From Schizosaccharomyces osmophilus (taxonomy: Eukaryota), in assembly GCF_027921745.1 (NCBI RefSeq), contig NC_079239.1, forward strand, positions 930,001 through 994,000: a stretch of DNA of 64,000 bases. Direction: 5' to 3'. The position numbers and the translations under genes were made by a program. Shown piece by piece: positions 24,892-38,705 of the stretch. The notes beneath the pieces were generated by a model. The model was not told the origin of the DNA. It did not search any database and saw nothing but the letters and a program-made list of their open reading frames with translations. How positions within the stretch are numbered: the stretch's first letter is position 1; every line of letters starts with the position of its first letter.

Positions 24892-25191
24892 ATGCGTCGT
24901 TCTACGATCGTTCCAACCATTACCAATACGACGGGAAACGTTCCTTCAGCAAATTCGCACAACAATTTCGCTCCTTCGCCAAACCAAATCAAAGCCGTCC
25001 AAATGAATCATCTTGCTGACCAGCTGTCCCAATTACAGGCCAATTTGTCCCATTTAGAGAATCATGTTCATGTCACGGCCATTCAAGCCGAAGCTATTCG
25101 ACGTATGGGTGCTCTTCAAGCTTCTTTGTTGATGGCTTCTGGTCGTGTCCTGTCGGAATCCAATACGACTTTTCGTCAAGAGGAAAAGTGA
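24892..25191 (+). CDS. dad5: DASH complex subunit Dad5/Hsk3, 99 aa (true ATG at 24892)
   Basis: MRRSTIVPT... and LADQLSQLQANLSHLENHVHVTAIQAEAIRRMG match the Hsk3/Dad5 family. The ORF-track N-terminal extension is microsatellite read-through. Confidence 0.85.
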   Translation: MRRSTIVPTITNTTGNVPSANSHNNFAPSPNQIKAVQMNHLADQLSQLQANLSHLENHVHVTAIQAEAIRRMGALQASLLMASGRVLSESNTTFRQEEK

Positions 25192-26814
25192 ATCATGGGG
25201 GTTGTGTTTATCGCTTATTTATTTTTCTTTTTTCTTTTTTGTTTCCACACATTCCCACACATACTCCCTCTCACATATTCTACTCTCTACCTACATACTC
25301 CCTCTCGTTCCTCCGCCCTCCTCACTTAACCTCACAAACCTCTCTTACCACACTTCTCTCCACCACCTTATCCCAAATTTCCTTACCAGTGTGTTCCCTC
25401 CACATTCTCTCCCAGCCAACACGGGAAACCGGCAAGACCAATAGATCGGAGACGAAAGACTCACGTTCCTTATCTCCACGCAAAATATTCTCATCCTTGT
25501 TTATCTCCCTTTCCTTAGAATTTGAATCTGTCATTTCTTTTGCATGGCATCGTAATTATCAAAACACTGACGAAAGCGTGAATCACACTTGGCCAATGAT
25601 TTTAAATACAAAAAACAATTACCAGCGATCGGATCATGTTCTTGTCAACCACCAACACTTTTCCAAAAGAAAAAAAAAAAAAACCAGCTCGCTTCGGTTT
25701 TTGTGCGTTAACTTGAAATAACGAGATCTAAATCATCTCCTTCGCTTCGTTGTTCAGTCAGTGAAATATCGCAATCTTCTACCACTGCCAAAACCAACAA
25801 GCTCAGCCTTGTCGAGAGTGGATTCAGAAAATCAAACACTTGCTTTTGATTTCTATCCTTTTTCTTGTTGTTGGTGTCTTATTCCATTACTGTTTTCGAT
25901 TCTAAATAATTATATTCTCATTGAATCCAATTTTGTACATTTGCGAATCTAACCACCTCGTCGTCGAATTCGCTGTTCCAAGCTCGCCACCCTTAAGTAT
26001 CGTTGCTTCAGGTTGAAATCTAATAATAATCTTGAAATCTTCCAATCTTTCGATATAAAAGTCTTTAAGTTTTTTAAATCCTGAAATCTTTTTGGCATTT
26101 CCTTTGTTTTATCTCGTTTTCTTTTTCCTTTTTAAACTCTTTTTAGGGAATCCAATTTGTTTTTTGTTGTGTTCTTCTTACCTTTTGTATCCTGGTATCT
26201 TGGTATCCTGGTACGATTTTTCCTTGACTTGACTTGACTTAACTTGATTTTGGTTTTCGCTTTGCCATCTTCACCCTCTTCGATTTATTTTTATTTTAGT
26301 CTCTTTTTTTAATATTTCCTCGTTATTTGTTTGATCTATTTGCGGCTGTTCGCTTTGGCGTTTTCCCGTGAATCGATTCCTTTTCAGTTTATGAGGATTT
26401 ATACCTTTTTCGTTTGATCTTCTTTACGTGTTTCGTCAATTCGTATTTGAGAAATTTACAACAACGCCTGTTTTGTATTCTCGTTTTCTTTGAAAGTTTG
26501 TTCTAGGCTTTCTTTGTTTTTGTGGAAGCCAAGTTTTTGTGAAGACCGAATTCATTATTAAAAGTACTCCTGTTGTCGGCTTTTCTTGGAGGTTTACTAC
26601 CTTATTTCTTTATTTTCAATTACTCATCCCTACTTCCTTTTGAATCGTCATCTCACCTCTTTTCCTTTGGGTCCTAGCTACCATCGATAACCTATCCTAT
26701 AACCCTTGCTTGAAAAGTAGCATCTTGATCCCTTCTCCTATTCCGTTTTTGTCTAATTTTTTTCTTTCTTTCTTTCTTTTTTTTTCGTTGTCTTATTGAT
26801 TCAATTCCTTCGCC

Positions 26815-29355
26815 ATGGATCTGAAATTTAACGAAATCTTTAAAGAGTCTGACCATCCAGCTCTCCAAAAGAGACTCGACCCTTCCGCCTCAAAACAAGA
26901 TCATTCTTCCCAAAATCCAAGCGACATGGCTTTGGATCTTTGGAAAATGATGTCCAAGGCCAAGTCAGACATACAAAATGGACGTCGCGTCGAAAACTTG
27001 TCTTGGCGTCTTATGTCTATTAATTTGCAAAAGCAATCTAATCTGTCTAATAATGCTTTCCCCTCCAATGTTTCCGCATGCAGTAAGTTCTCTCCTAACC
27101 CTCTTACTCCTCACTCCAACCCCCATAGCTCCGATAATGTATCCTTAAACTCTGGTACGCCCGACCAAAAATCCGATCCTAATTGCTTAATGAATACCCT
27201 TCCGTCTTATAGCGTTCCCACTGATACCACGGGCAGCTCCATGATGGAGTTTAATTATCTTCAAAGACGTGTGCGGAAAACTAGTTTCAACGAGGCCTCT
27301 GCAAAAAGCAAGAAACGTCCCATTACTAGCACCCATTTCCCCTCGAACGATGTGGATTTTTCTATGAATCTTGACTCCCATCCTTTCAGCTCCCCTAAAA
27401 TTCACGCTTCTGATTCTTTTGATGCTACTAAAAAGTCTGTGGATCACACTAGTTCTTCTTCATTTCCGGCTTCCACTCCTATCGATTATTTTGATTCTCG
27501 ACCTTCTTCCTCCTTGGCTGCCGGCCTTCAGTCTGTGCCCATCCCTTCAGCCTCTGGTATAGTAAATCCGATGAACCAACATATGAATTCCACTACTGCT
27601 CCCGCTACCAGACAGTCCGATATAGATGCTTTGGGTTTAGATTTCGATATGACTCCTTCGGAACCCTCTTCGTCTTTTCAAGATAACAATGGTTTTCCGT
27701 CTTTTGTCGATGCTGGAACAAACCACGACGAATCATTATTTTCTTCCTCTGCTGCTACCTCTTTTAGTTTTGAACATGGTCCTTCCAGTTTCCCTGTTCC
27801 AGGTAGTATATCCACAGGTTCCTTGCGTGGACAGGCTCCCTCCGAAGGGGGCTTTGGTACCTCTTATAACAGCCAAAATCTATATGGTATCTCTTCCCCT
27901 TTGAGCGCGGGTGTGACACCCACTCAATCTTTCTTTCCTGAGCCTGCTAATAATAATATGTTTGAGATACCCAAACAATCTGCTGACGTGTCTTCCCCTT
28001 TGACCTCGTCCCCAGGATCTTTTCCTAATATGTCCTCTTTGCACATGACGAGCTCTTTGCCTAATTCCACTTCTCATGCCGGTATCCGTCGTTCTCCCAT
28101 GTTCCGTAGTGGGTCCAATAGATCGGTTGGTAACTTCGCTCAACCAGTTGACTTGAACCAAGACCAAAATGAATCTGTTGGCGGATCCTTCCAACGCGGC
28201 AATGAATGGACCGGCGGTGATTCCAATGGTATAGGCTTAAATAACTCCTTACCAGGTTCCGATATGTTTTCTCCCCCATTTATGCGTATAGGCACAGCCA
28301 TGGGTACTGCTCCTCTTCGCAACAATTCCGTGTCTTCTTTCTCTCATAACTACTTGCATCAGTCGAGTCCACAATTTGCTGCCGTGCCTCACCGGAAAGT
28401 AAATACCCAAGAACCTAGTTTAATGGGATCAAGTCCTGGTATTTACAACCACATGCCTTACCTGAACCGCTCTACATCTTCCACGTCTGTCGCCGGAACG
28501 CCGGTGGAAGGCATGTCAACTGGCATGAAAAAGCGTGCATCTGCTACTGGTTCTGTTCCCAGTCTTCCTTTGTTAAATCAAAACGGCGACCAAATTTCGG
28601 ATTCAACTGTCAAAGAAAAGCCAATGGAAGACAAAAAGGAGAATAACCAGAAAGGTATGTCTGGTACACCTACATGCACAAACTGCCACACTCATACTAC
28701 TCCCTTATGGCGCCGCAGTCCTGATGGCCAGCCACTGTGCAATGCATGTGGCCTTTTTATGAAAATTAATGGCGTGGTTCGTCCTTTGAGTCTGAAGACC
28801 GACGTAATAAAGAAGAGAAACCGTGGTGCTGGAAGCAATACTAGCGTTCCTGCTTCACGATCTGCCACTCCCCGAAAATCAGTACCGCGAAAAGGTGGTT
28901 ATAAACAATCAACTTCAAGTAAACCCGCTACCAAAGAGGAAGCGAAAGCTAAACCAACTACCGGTCAAAAAAGTTATTCCCCCAGTTTTACGCAACAACC
29001 CGGAATTCACGATGATAGTCTGATGATGGACAGAAGGGCATCGGTAGAATCTCCAATGATGCAAGATTCATCTGTAAGACAGCCTTCGGCTATGTTATCT
29101 CCTGAATTCACGCAGAATTCTAGTGAATTTGGGATGCCGTTTAACAAGGGTATGTCTTCTGCAAACCATATGCGTGAATCCTCGATAGAAAAAATAAAGT
29201 CGGAAGCACCGCAGGCTGTAAATTCACCCTTGTTTGATACCTTTGATACTGATTTGGGGATGCCTTCGATTACTGACCCACAAACGATGGGAGTGGATGC
29301 TGCCGACTTGCACAGGGTTTCCAAGTCATCATGGGATTGGTATAGTGTCATGTAA
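26815..29355 (+). CDS. gaf1: GATA transcription factor Gaf1 (AreA/Gat1-like)
   Basis: N-terminal [11 protein letters not shown] (DUF1752), zinc finger [30 protein letters not shown] and C-terminal WDWYSVM. Confidence 0.93.
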   Translation: MDLKFNEIFKESDHPALQKRLDPSASKQDHSSQNPSDMALDLWKMMSKAKSDIQNGRRVENLSWRLMSINLQKQSNLSNNAFPSNVSACSKFSPNPLTPHSNPHSSDNVSLNSGTPDQKSDPNCLMNTLPSYSVPTDTTGSSMMEFNYLQRRVRKTSFNEASAKSKKRPITSTHFPSNDVDFSMNLDSHPFSSPKIHASDSFDATKKSVDHTSSSSFPASTPIDYFDSRPSSSLAAGLQSVPIPSASGIVNPMNQHMNSTTAPATRQSDIDALGLDFDMTPSEPSSSFQDNNGFPSFVDAGTNHDESLFSSSAATSFSFEHGPSSFPVPGSISTGSLRGQAPSEGGFGTSYNSQNLYGISSPLSAGVTPTQSFFPEPANNNMFEIPKQSADVSSPLTSSPGSFPNMSSLHMTSSLPNSTSHAGIRRSPMFRSGSNRSVGNFAQPVDLNQDQNESVGGSFQRGNEWTGGDSNGIGLNNSLPGSDMFSPPFMRIGTAMGTAPLRNNSVSSFSHNYLHQSSPQFAAVPHRKVNTQEPSLMGSSPGIYNHMPYLNRSTSSTSVAGTPVEGMSTGMKKRASATGSVPSLPLLNQNGDQISDSTVKEKPMEDKKENNQKGMSGTPTCTNCHTHTTPLWRRSPDGQPLCNACGLFMKINGVVRPLSLKTDVIKKRNRGAGSNTSVPASRSATPRKSVPRKGGYKQSTSSKPATKEEAKAKPTTGQKSYSPSFTQQPGIHDDSLMMDRRASVESPMMQDSSVRQPSAMLSPEFTQNSSEFGMPFNKGMSSANHMRESSIEKIKSEAPQAVNSPLFDTFDTDLGMPSITDPQTMGVDAADLHRVSKSSWDWYSVM

Positions 29356-30673
29356 CTTTCCGAAGTTAGCAGTTTCTCTGATAGTTTAATTGGCCCTTCC
29401 TTTGTTTTGTATTTTGTACAGTCATCTTTTCTTTTTCTTTTTAATTTTTACCTGTCCTGTGTTTTAATGGACTTAATTTGATGCCGTTGTTTCCGATGAG
29501 TTTTTTTTTGTACGTGTTTAGCATTTTTAATCATTACCTTTTAATTACTGAATTGTTTGACTGGATTAATCGCTGAGCAGACCTATTTTTTGACCAACTC
29601 GGCGACAACAAACCGTGAGAAACGAACGTGTTTGAGTAATGAAGTATGTTAATCTACTTAAACATACAGTTCAGAGATTTGTGCAGGCTAGAATGAATGT
29701 GTTTTGTTTTATATTTCCTTCTTCTTTTGTTTAATGCTTTGTTCTAGCTGTTGAAGGCATTGTAGTTAGTGATGGACTTTAAGCTATTTTCGAGTTTCAC
29801 CTAAGAGAATACTAGTTTCAATATTAAGTTGTGTTTCTTTTTTTACTATGGTTACGTCCTATTCTTTTTAAGTTCTTAAACTATATACTCATGAATCGTT
29901 CATTATCATAGTATCCCGAGAAGTATGTAAACTTCCACGAAATCATCAAGAATGAGTTACTCATAAAAAAGATTGTTTGTTCTTTCTCTTTTTAACTACA
30001 AACAGAAATTAAAACTATAGATTATCGATTGGTGTGGACATAATCGGAGACAAAGACGGAGGACCATGGGTAATGAGAATATACTACAGGGCAGCCTTTT
30101 GATCTTTATTCGAAACTTATCAAGTAGCAGCTATTAGTAAGTATACGAAACCGTTTTTCTCAGTGTATCGTAAATGAGGAAAACAAGAATTATAGGAAGA
30201 CAAAAAACAAACATTAGCAATAGAAAAATGAATAAGTAAAAAGAAATTCAAAAAACACTTCTATTAAATAGACAAATAATGTAAAGTAAAGAGTCGTTTC
30301 CTTACTCCCCCTTTAGCTGCATTCGTTAACGCACTTACCTACTACCATACACTGAACACTTCCAAACAGAGTAAGTATTTTGGAAATTGAGCGGTTTGTC
30401 GCTCCAAGCGTTAATTAAACTGATTTTCACTCTCTTTTAATACACTGCATGAAGTTTTTGCAGTCCTGTAGGTATATTTTGGGCTGTAGTTGAACGCTTT
30501 CAGTCAACAATTGTAGATACTAAAGCGTCAATCCGAACTTTAAAAAGCTTCTTTAGTTGGAGAACTAAAGGAAGAACTTACTCTATTTATTATTATATAC
30601 ATTTACTCATTCGCCGGCATCTGTGTTACCTTTCTCGATTCTTTTTATCAACACTGAAAATTAATTTTGTATA

Positions 30674-32676
30674 ATGTCCACGGAAGCGATCTCAAAACTT
30701 AGGGTTTTAAGCGGTATGTGAGAGGGGTTTTTTAATACAATAAATAAATCCAGGAATATGAAAAGGGTCTTTTTGTTTACGGTATACTAACTTTGAATGC
30801 TATAGTTGGTAGCAATGCAACTTCTGCTTTTATGGGCTGGCGCTTATCGGAAAGCCAAGCTTGCCATACAAGTCTTATTTGGCGTAATCGAAGTGAAAGC
30901 GTAATGTCTGAAGGCATCCGTATTCGTTCGAGCGTCTTTGGTTCTACTAAATGGAAACCTGATGTTGGTATGCTTTTAATTTATAGCACGAAGTTGTGTG
31001 ATATACCTACGGCTTTGTTCTTAATACTAACATGCTTCTTTTAGTCGTCCCTACAATTGAACAACTAGTAACAAATGACGAACCTTTTGATTATGTGTTT
31101 GTATGCCTAAAAATTATTCCTTCTGTTTATGATCTAGGAACTGCCATAAAAGACGTTGTTACCCCTGGTCATACCTGTGTCGTTTTAAATACTACCGGGA
31201 TCGTTGGCGCTGAAAAGAGTATACAGGAAACCTTTCCAAATAATCCTATTATTTCTTTCGTTATTCAGGACCAGTTTACCCAGAGAGGGCCATTGCAATT
31301 TGAACATACTGCATTCGCTGCTGATACCGCTAGTAGTGTAATGTATTTAGGGTTAACTGATGAGGAAGATGAAATCCCAGACTCAGTTCAAGACGCCATG
31401 ATTGAGACATTAACATTAACTCTGGAAGCAGGTGGTGTATCTTGCACATTCTTACCTAAAATCCAGCAAAAACAATGGGAAACAGGAATTGGTCATATGG
31501 CCTTTTTTCCAGTTTCTATATTAAATGAAGAACCAAATTTGTCTTTAATTTATAGAGCAAAGCCTTTTGTGAAAGTCATAGATGGTATAATGAACGAAGC
31601 ATTTTCCATTGCTGCGACACAAGGTTGTGATTTTCCTACGGAAAAACGAGAATCATTGAAACGATTTATTGTGAATCGAATGTTAGCAGCACCCCGTCCC
31701 TCATACATATTTCAGGATTATTTAGCTCGTCGTCCTTTGGAAGTCGAGGTGTTGTTGGGATACCCGGTCGAAATTGCGGAACAACATAAAGTATCAGTGC
31801 CCTACATGGAAACCGTTTATGCTCTATTTGAAGCAAAAGCTAAAAAAAATCTTACTTCCACTCCAGCTGTTCCTCAGCCTATTCCAGCTATGCCATCAAG
31901 CCGTATATCACCACCTGGTTTAACCGCGCGATCCCCATCGCGCTCCACTGTGGGTACGTCAACAAGAATGGGTAGCATGGATGATCTCTTGAGCAAGCGA
32001 CAATTTGCCTCTCCACCGGCTTTTCATGCGCCCTCTAGTCGTTCAATGTATAAAATTCCAAGTGCGTCCATGGTTAATTTATCTTCGCCCGTTGTCACTT
32101 CACCAGCAGGCCTTGGAGGTAGAGCAATGCCAACACGATTTACAGGACGGAATATGCGCGGAAGCCCGTTCACCATGAACAAAGCCGGGTCGGTGTCAGA
32201 TATTCTTAGTATGTCGGATGGAATGGTTCCTAACGATCCCAGTGAAACTGCGTCGGTTGCAGGAGAAGCACCTTCTTTTGATATGCTCACGTTGACGCAA
32301 CGAAGGAATCGAAGAAACTCTCAAATGTCCTCGAGTTCCATGGGTATTCCATCGAGCGCATCGTCTTCGAGTGATCGCCGTTCTACTTGGACTGGCCGTC
32401 CACCACCTCATAAGGGTAAGTAATACAGTAGAAGTCTACTGGGACGGTTTGTATATTTGGTGCAAGCTAGATACTAATTTTTTTTTCCTTATAGGCATAA
32501 GTGAACCAGTCATTCCAATTTTAGAAGACCCGATGACAGCTTTATATGACACGAGTCGTTATCCAACAAGGCCTCCAGGTAGCAGCACGTCGTCACTGAA
32601 TGGAAATCCTACTCCCAAACCGACTCGACCACCTTCGATTGCATCCACATCTACTACTCCTCGAAAATTTGGCTAA
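30674..32676 (+). CDS. mug72: Ketopantoate-reductase-like protein Mug72; exons 30674..30713, 30806..30967, 31045..32415, 32495..32676
   Basis: Three GT-AG introns with CTAAC/CTAAT branch sites give one open frame. PanE/ApbA-like motifs (LSVGSNA, FDYVFVCLK, RPSYIFQDYLARRPLEVE) are followed by a Ser/Pro-rich tail. Confidence 0.82.
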
Positions 32677-33031
32677 CGTTAGTCCTTCGTTGGTTTCTTT
32701 TTTCTTGTCCTTGTCTGAACCCTTCATCATTGATTGTTTAATTGTTATGATACGCTCCTTTTTTATACAGTTGCTGTACTATTTTCTTTTAATATTTGCT
32801 TATGCATTTTGTTTACAATTTAGTCGTACCTTTCTATTGTTTATTTACGTATGCATAGTCCTTGGTTTCACTATACCAAACAAGGAAACTTAACAGGTGA
32901 TACTGAATTTGAAACAACGTATACGCTGTTTGTCGTTATTTCAATCCTCAAAGTATACTTTCGTCATTACCACATGTCAGTTTCCCAGTGCCAATGCTTT
33001 TTTCCCCTAAAATATCAACGTTACAACAAAG

Positions 33032-35301
33032 ATGGACGATTTAACATCAATATTGCTGCTTCTTGAACTGCAGCATGAGTTTAGCGGCCTCAAAATTCCC
33101 GGTAAGTTGAATACTTCTGCATGCGAGGTCATGACCGATATCTTTTTGAATAACTTCGAAGAGAGGGTTTCCTCCGAAGGAATTTTGGCTGCTTTAGATA
33201 TTAATGAATAAGAATGAATCTTTATGCATTTATTTTTGTCTTTGTCTGGACAATATGGCAGTAGAAAGGAAGAATCGACGGTTTTACTCAGTTTCATAGG
33301 TAGCAAAAACATTGAAGGCTAACTGAGTATTTAGGTCGACTAGCAAAGTATGGACCTCCATTTAAGCCTAAGGAAGAATTTTTGGATGCGGATGTCTCTC
33401 CAGTGATGACATTTATCGTACAAAGTTGTGTATTTACACCTACACTTCCAGGCGTGAACAAGGTGCCAGATGAGTTTTGGAGTGGAGAACTTCAGCCTTT
33501 ATTGGAAAAAATTGGTAAACATAACCTTTCAGATTCGTATGACCATGGTCGGGTTAGCAAGCGAAAAATGATTGGGTTTGCCGTAATCGTTGTCTTACAC
33601 GTACTGGCTAAAGGGCTTATGGGAAAGGCTCCTATGGATCCTGAAAACAACAGGCAGGATGACAATATAGCAGGGACTGATTCATCCCATTCAAGTTCGA
33701 AAACTTCACCCAAGGTTAGGAATTCGTTACCTACTGAAAGCAATGATATAAATGGGGTGCAGAAGAGTCTCGCAAATGTAAGGCTCAATGAAAATTTGAA
33801 AGCGATTAAATATCCTTCTAAAAAGCGACTGAAAGAAGCATACTCCCTTTTTGTTTATGGCGATGGTTTGGATGAAATTATCCGCCTCCTTGGCGAATCT
33901 GAAGACATAAGCAACTGGGGCGAACCCCTAAATTCTCTAGCTGAGAATATTCGCTATACGATTGCGTCTCTTTTACATTTTGTTTTTGTCACCGTGGACA
34001 GAACTCCGCAATCACCTCACCTTGCAAATGATGGAAAGGGACCAGAAGGCATCGTTGAGCGCATATATAACCGTGTTCCATGGTTTTTGACCCGTCAGGT
34101 TCTACGCGTAGGAAATGCCGGGCTTTTAATGTCAGGGCTTACTCGACTATTTTTGATGAAACCTCTCTCATGGTTCGGCGAAAGCCGCAATTTGCTTCAG
34201 ACAATGCTTTCTGGAATTTTTAGCGCTGATTTGGAACACACCGATAATGTTTTGAAAGGAATCGACACAAATTTTGCTGATGATCCGAAGTGGACTCAAA
34301 TGAGAGAAGCACTTCAATGGTATGCGCAACTCTCAAGAATTCGTCAAGATGAAGTTCGCGACCAAAGTATCCAACAAAAATTAAATATAACCGTCGCAAT
34401 TCTAAAGGAATATCAGATTGAAAAGAAACTAAATGCTGATGTTGCTGGCTCTGCAGAAGAAAAAGCTACTTCGGAAACCAATGTTGATTCTTCTGAAGTA
34501 TATACTGTTTCCTTATCTAGTGATGGTGAAAAAGATAGTCATAAATTCGATCCCTTTTCAGACATTGGGGTCCAAACGGCGATGAAGTATTTTGATGCTG
34601 TTTTGACTCACCGTGATCGTGAATGTCTTATTCATGATTTATGTGAAGACAATCAGTTGACTGATATAGTAAGAGAGGTTATGAGCTGTTTTTACACGAT
34701 TATATATGATGCTCACCAAGCTGCGGATTTTTCGCGGGCGATCTATGACTTCCAGTGCTTTTTATACGATCTTATCCAACTCTCAAAGGCTGCCGCTCCT
34801 TTGTCGAGCTTTGTTGAGCTGGTGGAGAAATATCAAAGTTGCTTTCTTCGGTTTGTCCATCGTTTGATAGTTAATGCTCCCGATTTATGTGCTCAATGGT
34901 GTGTTTGGTACCGCCATTGCTTAGATGAGTGTAACATCAAATCCCAATCGCCTGATACTGTCAAGGCCACTCAAGATGCATTAAATTCTTTGGATGATGA
35001 TACAAAACAGAAGGTTTTGCATGAAATTGAAACTTACATTAATGATCTGGAAAAAGAAAAGGAAGTTACAATTGAAAAGAATGAATGTACTAGCGAATGG
35101 CACTTTCATTTGGCCAAACTTTTTGGATCTGCCATCATTACTCCAACTAAAGCCAAAGGTTCTCCTCAACCGCAACTACCGGAGTGTAATATCAATTTAA
35201 CAATGACTAGAAAACATCTGTTGGCTCCTTTTCGTAAATGTCTCATGCAACAATTGGATACATTATACGAAGAAAAGGAAAGTAAGGGTTCTAAAGATTA
35301 A
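33032..35301 (+). CDS. Conserved fungal PX-associated (PXB/DUF3818-like) protein; exons 33032..33101, 33335..35301
   Basis: Intron 33102..33334 gives MDDLTSILLLLELQHEFSGLKIPGRLAKYGPPF. The segment FWSGELQPLLEKIGKHNLSDSYDHGRVSKRK resembles the YPR097W-like family. Confidence 0.75.
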
Positions 35302-35681
35302 CGAGGTATTTATGCTTACAAATGCTTTTCTATTGACCCTTTTTTTATTTATACTTGTCGCTGTTTAATGAAAGCAATTAGCATCTTTTCGAAAAATACT
35401 TAATTCACTGCAAATTTAAGTAGACTGATATTTGCTAAGTAAATGGACACTTTATCTTTTATTTTTTTTATTTTTTTGTAAGAAGGATTCATTTATTAGT
35501 AGCATATTAAGAAACCTACTATTTCGTCAACATTACCATTAATTGACAGCATTAAAGCTGAGAGGAACTGAACTTTAAAAAAGTCAGAAATCGTTACAAT
35601 GCGGTCATAAATGAAAGATTTCAGTTTAAAAACAATAGACTTGTTGCTTCGGTTCAATCTCTGCTTGATGAAAAGAAGAAA

Positions 35682-37814
35682 ATGATATGTGTATTTATAG
35701 TGCTTTTAACGCTGATATGTGGATTGATACTTCCTACAGAAGGGTTAATTCGTGTTGAAAAGCGACCAGATAATCGTCTTTACACTGCTGAATACACTTC
35801 ATGTATGCAAGATTCCTTAATATCTTTTGAAAGATTCGATGCCAGTTACTACTCACGTAACTTGTCTATTGTTTTAGACATCCATGGTTATTCTAACTTG
35901 GATGCAAATGTAACCTTTGATATAACGGTTGATGCTTATGGCAGCCAGCGTGCTAGATTCAAGTTCGATCCATGTAACATGAATTTGGGAAATGCTTGCC
36001 CATTGACAAAAAATTCAATTATTGAAACTCAAGGAGTTCTTCCGATTAGTTTCCAAGATGTCAAAATGGTTCCCAATCTAGCATGGACGATTCCCGATTT
36101 TGAAGGATTTGTCAAATTTAGGATGTATCGCACAGAGGATTTAGAGAACTCTTCTATAGATGAATCACACCCTCTTGCATGCATTGTAGCATCTTTAGAA
36201 AATGGGCATACGTTCCAAAAAAGAGTAATTTTCGCACTCTCAATCGTTTCATTTTCTTTGGCCATTGTCGGGTTCCTTGGCTTCTGTGTGATTGGCATGG
36301 AACATGGTATTTATATGTTACGGCCCGTGATTGCAAACTCAGTCCCTTCTATCCAACATATAGTAGACCTTCTACAATGTATCGTACTTACCGCAGCCGT
36401 TGGAGTCGAACAACCAAAAGTTTTGGTATCATGGGCCAGCAACTTTGCATGGATTATTGGGCTGATTCCAAATCGACAACTCAAAAACAGTATAAACTCG
36501 TTTTTGAAGCATTCTGGAGGTGACCTAAATTCACAACCTATCGGCATACATCGTCGCACGGTAACTGCATCCAACCCCGAAGATTCTGTTGTTGATGCAT
36601 ACTCTGGACTGGTAGGATTAGCAAACAGATTTCATATCACTTCTCCAGATTTTTTTACTCTTTCACTGATATGGTTTGTCATTTCCCTTGGAATTATCGG
36701 AGGTGCTTTGATTGGTTTTATGTGCATTAGTCAACTCTTTTTAAAACTTCGATTTATTCGTCCCTTTTCTTGCGAATATGTGCTGAAGTGTTGGAAAAGG
36801 CTCCTCTTCAATGCACTTATGAAATGGGTAGGTTGTTTATGCGAGTCAATAGGTTTCTAACATGTAATATAGGTTTTTATCTGCTTCCCTATCTTGATCA
36901 TGTTTGCTGTTTTCCAGTTTACATTGTCAGATGCCTATGGACCTGTAATTCTCGCCGCCATATTGCTTGCCTTATTAATGGGACTATTTGCCTGGTGCTT
37001 TTTAAAATTAGCCAAGGCAGTTCGTATTAGCCGATCTGTAACCAAATATCCAAAGGAAAGCATCAATGATCTTAATGTATTATCGTGGTCGGGCTGGATG
37101 CATATGGATTTGAAAGAGCACTGTTGGTACTTCTTCATTATACGTTTCTCAGTAGTCGTCCTTTCAGGACTCCTATTCGCGCTTCTTCAAAATTATGGGA
37201 AGGTCCAAGCTATTGTTCTCTTTGCGATTGAAGTTGTTGCAATAGGTTTCTTAATTGGACTACGTCCGTACTTTGGGCTTTGCAGCATGATATGTGCACT
37301 TTTGGTTAGCGGAACGCGTCTTGTTTCAATGGCGTTACTAATTCCGATGGCATTCAATTTAAATACCATCTCGAAAGTGGTAATTGGGATCATAATCATT
37401 ATCGTCCAAGGACTCGTATTTTCCACGCTAACAATTTGGGGACTTCTAAACTTTCTGAGTATGCTTGTTACATTATGGCCTGTAATTAAGTATCAGCCAA
37501 AATGGCTTCGTCAATTGTTTCAGCAAGATGAGCAAGATTCACAACTTGATATTGATGATCACAAACTGAACGGGAAGGAAGAAGATCCTGCAGTTAGCTC
37601 GCTTTTACTTGAAAACCTTTCCTTCGAGAGAAATAAAGAAGTTCCTTGGCTGCATTACGATAACGACCGTCCAAAAGCAACAGAAGCTTCCTCTACAATC
37701 ATACCAATGCCTATGCATCCATCGACGAAATCCTCACATTCTTTTTCGGATTTTAGTGAAATTCAACGAACTCCACCAGAATTTTATACAGCATCTTCGA
37801 ATCCGTTTGAGTAA
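35682..37814 (+). CDS. trp663: TRP-like / Flc-family membrane channel; exons 35682..36827, 36873..37814
   Basis: Signal peptide, ML-like luminal domain (FDPCNMNLGNACP, LACI) and multiple TM segments. A 45-nt intron joins two ORFs in frame. Confidence 0.82.
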
Positions 37815-37898
37815 ATTACCGCTATATATCATAGCGCCCAAATTGATTTTTTAACACCAAACAGGTATCCATAAACAAAAGACAGGAAAGGAACAAAG

Positions 37899-38336
37899 AT
37901 GATTGAGTTAGACGCCATAAATCCAAATAACCTGAAGGTTTTAGAGGTGATAAACCAAAAAACAATTCCAAAGGAAGTTCGCTCGTTTTCTCCGCAGTTT
38001 TACAAAGAAACTTTACAAATTGGACCCTTAGCACAATATGCGTATTTTAACAATGTTTGCGTAGGAGCTGTTCGCTGTAAAAAGGAGACTCACAATAAAA
38101 GCAGTAAATTGCAAATTTTGTCTTTAGGCGTGTTACCACCATACCGAAAATATGGTGTGGGATCTCAACTTTTGGAGCATGCCGTGAATACCGCTAAGGA
38201 AATTGGATCAAAGGAGATTTATGTTCAACTCCCTCAGGCATTAGAATCTAAAGATTGGTTTTTGGTTCGAGGATTCACAGAATTGAGTGATTCCAGTAAC
38301 GAAGAGACAGCCGTTCTTGTCCATCCTCTGCAATAA
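37899..38336 (+). CDS. naa50: NatE/NatA-associated GNAT acetyltransferase Naa50
   Basis: MIELDAINPNN, AYFNNVCVGAVRC and the acetyl-CoA motif LGVLPPYRKYGVGSQLL. Confidence 0.85.
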   Translation: MIELDAINPNNLKVLEVINQKTIPKEVRSFSPQFYKETLQIGPLAQYAYFNNVCVGAVRCKKETHNKSSKLQILSLGVLPPYRKYGVGSQLLEHAVNTAKEIGSKEIYVQLPQALESKDWFLVRGFTELSDSSNEETAVLVHPLQ

Positions 38337-38705
38337 GGCTATCAAAGACAAATTTACAAAAGCAAGGAAAAGATACACCTTTATGTTGTTGGCTCGCAAA
38401 TACTTTTGGTCTGTGCTCGCAAAATTTTTGAATGTATTTCAAACACGGAAAAGTTTCAAAACCCAGTGGTCTTTTTCTCGTAATTTTTTTTTTTTTTTTT
38501 ACTTAGAAATAGAATATGAACCAAAAAGTGAACGTGACCTTATTTATACCTTTGGTAGTAAGCTGTAGTTGACTTAGTCCTTTGTATGTGAGCTTTTGAT
38601 ATATCATCCAACTGTTGTACACAAATGAGGATGTAGCCCTGTTGAATAGCTTTTCTGTAATGTAAATCATGGACACTAGTATCCCAAAACACCATCACTC
38701 GTTTA

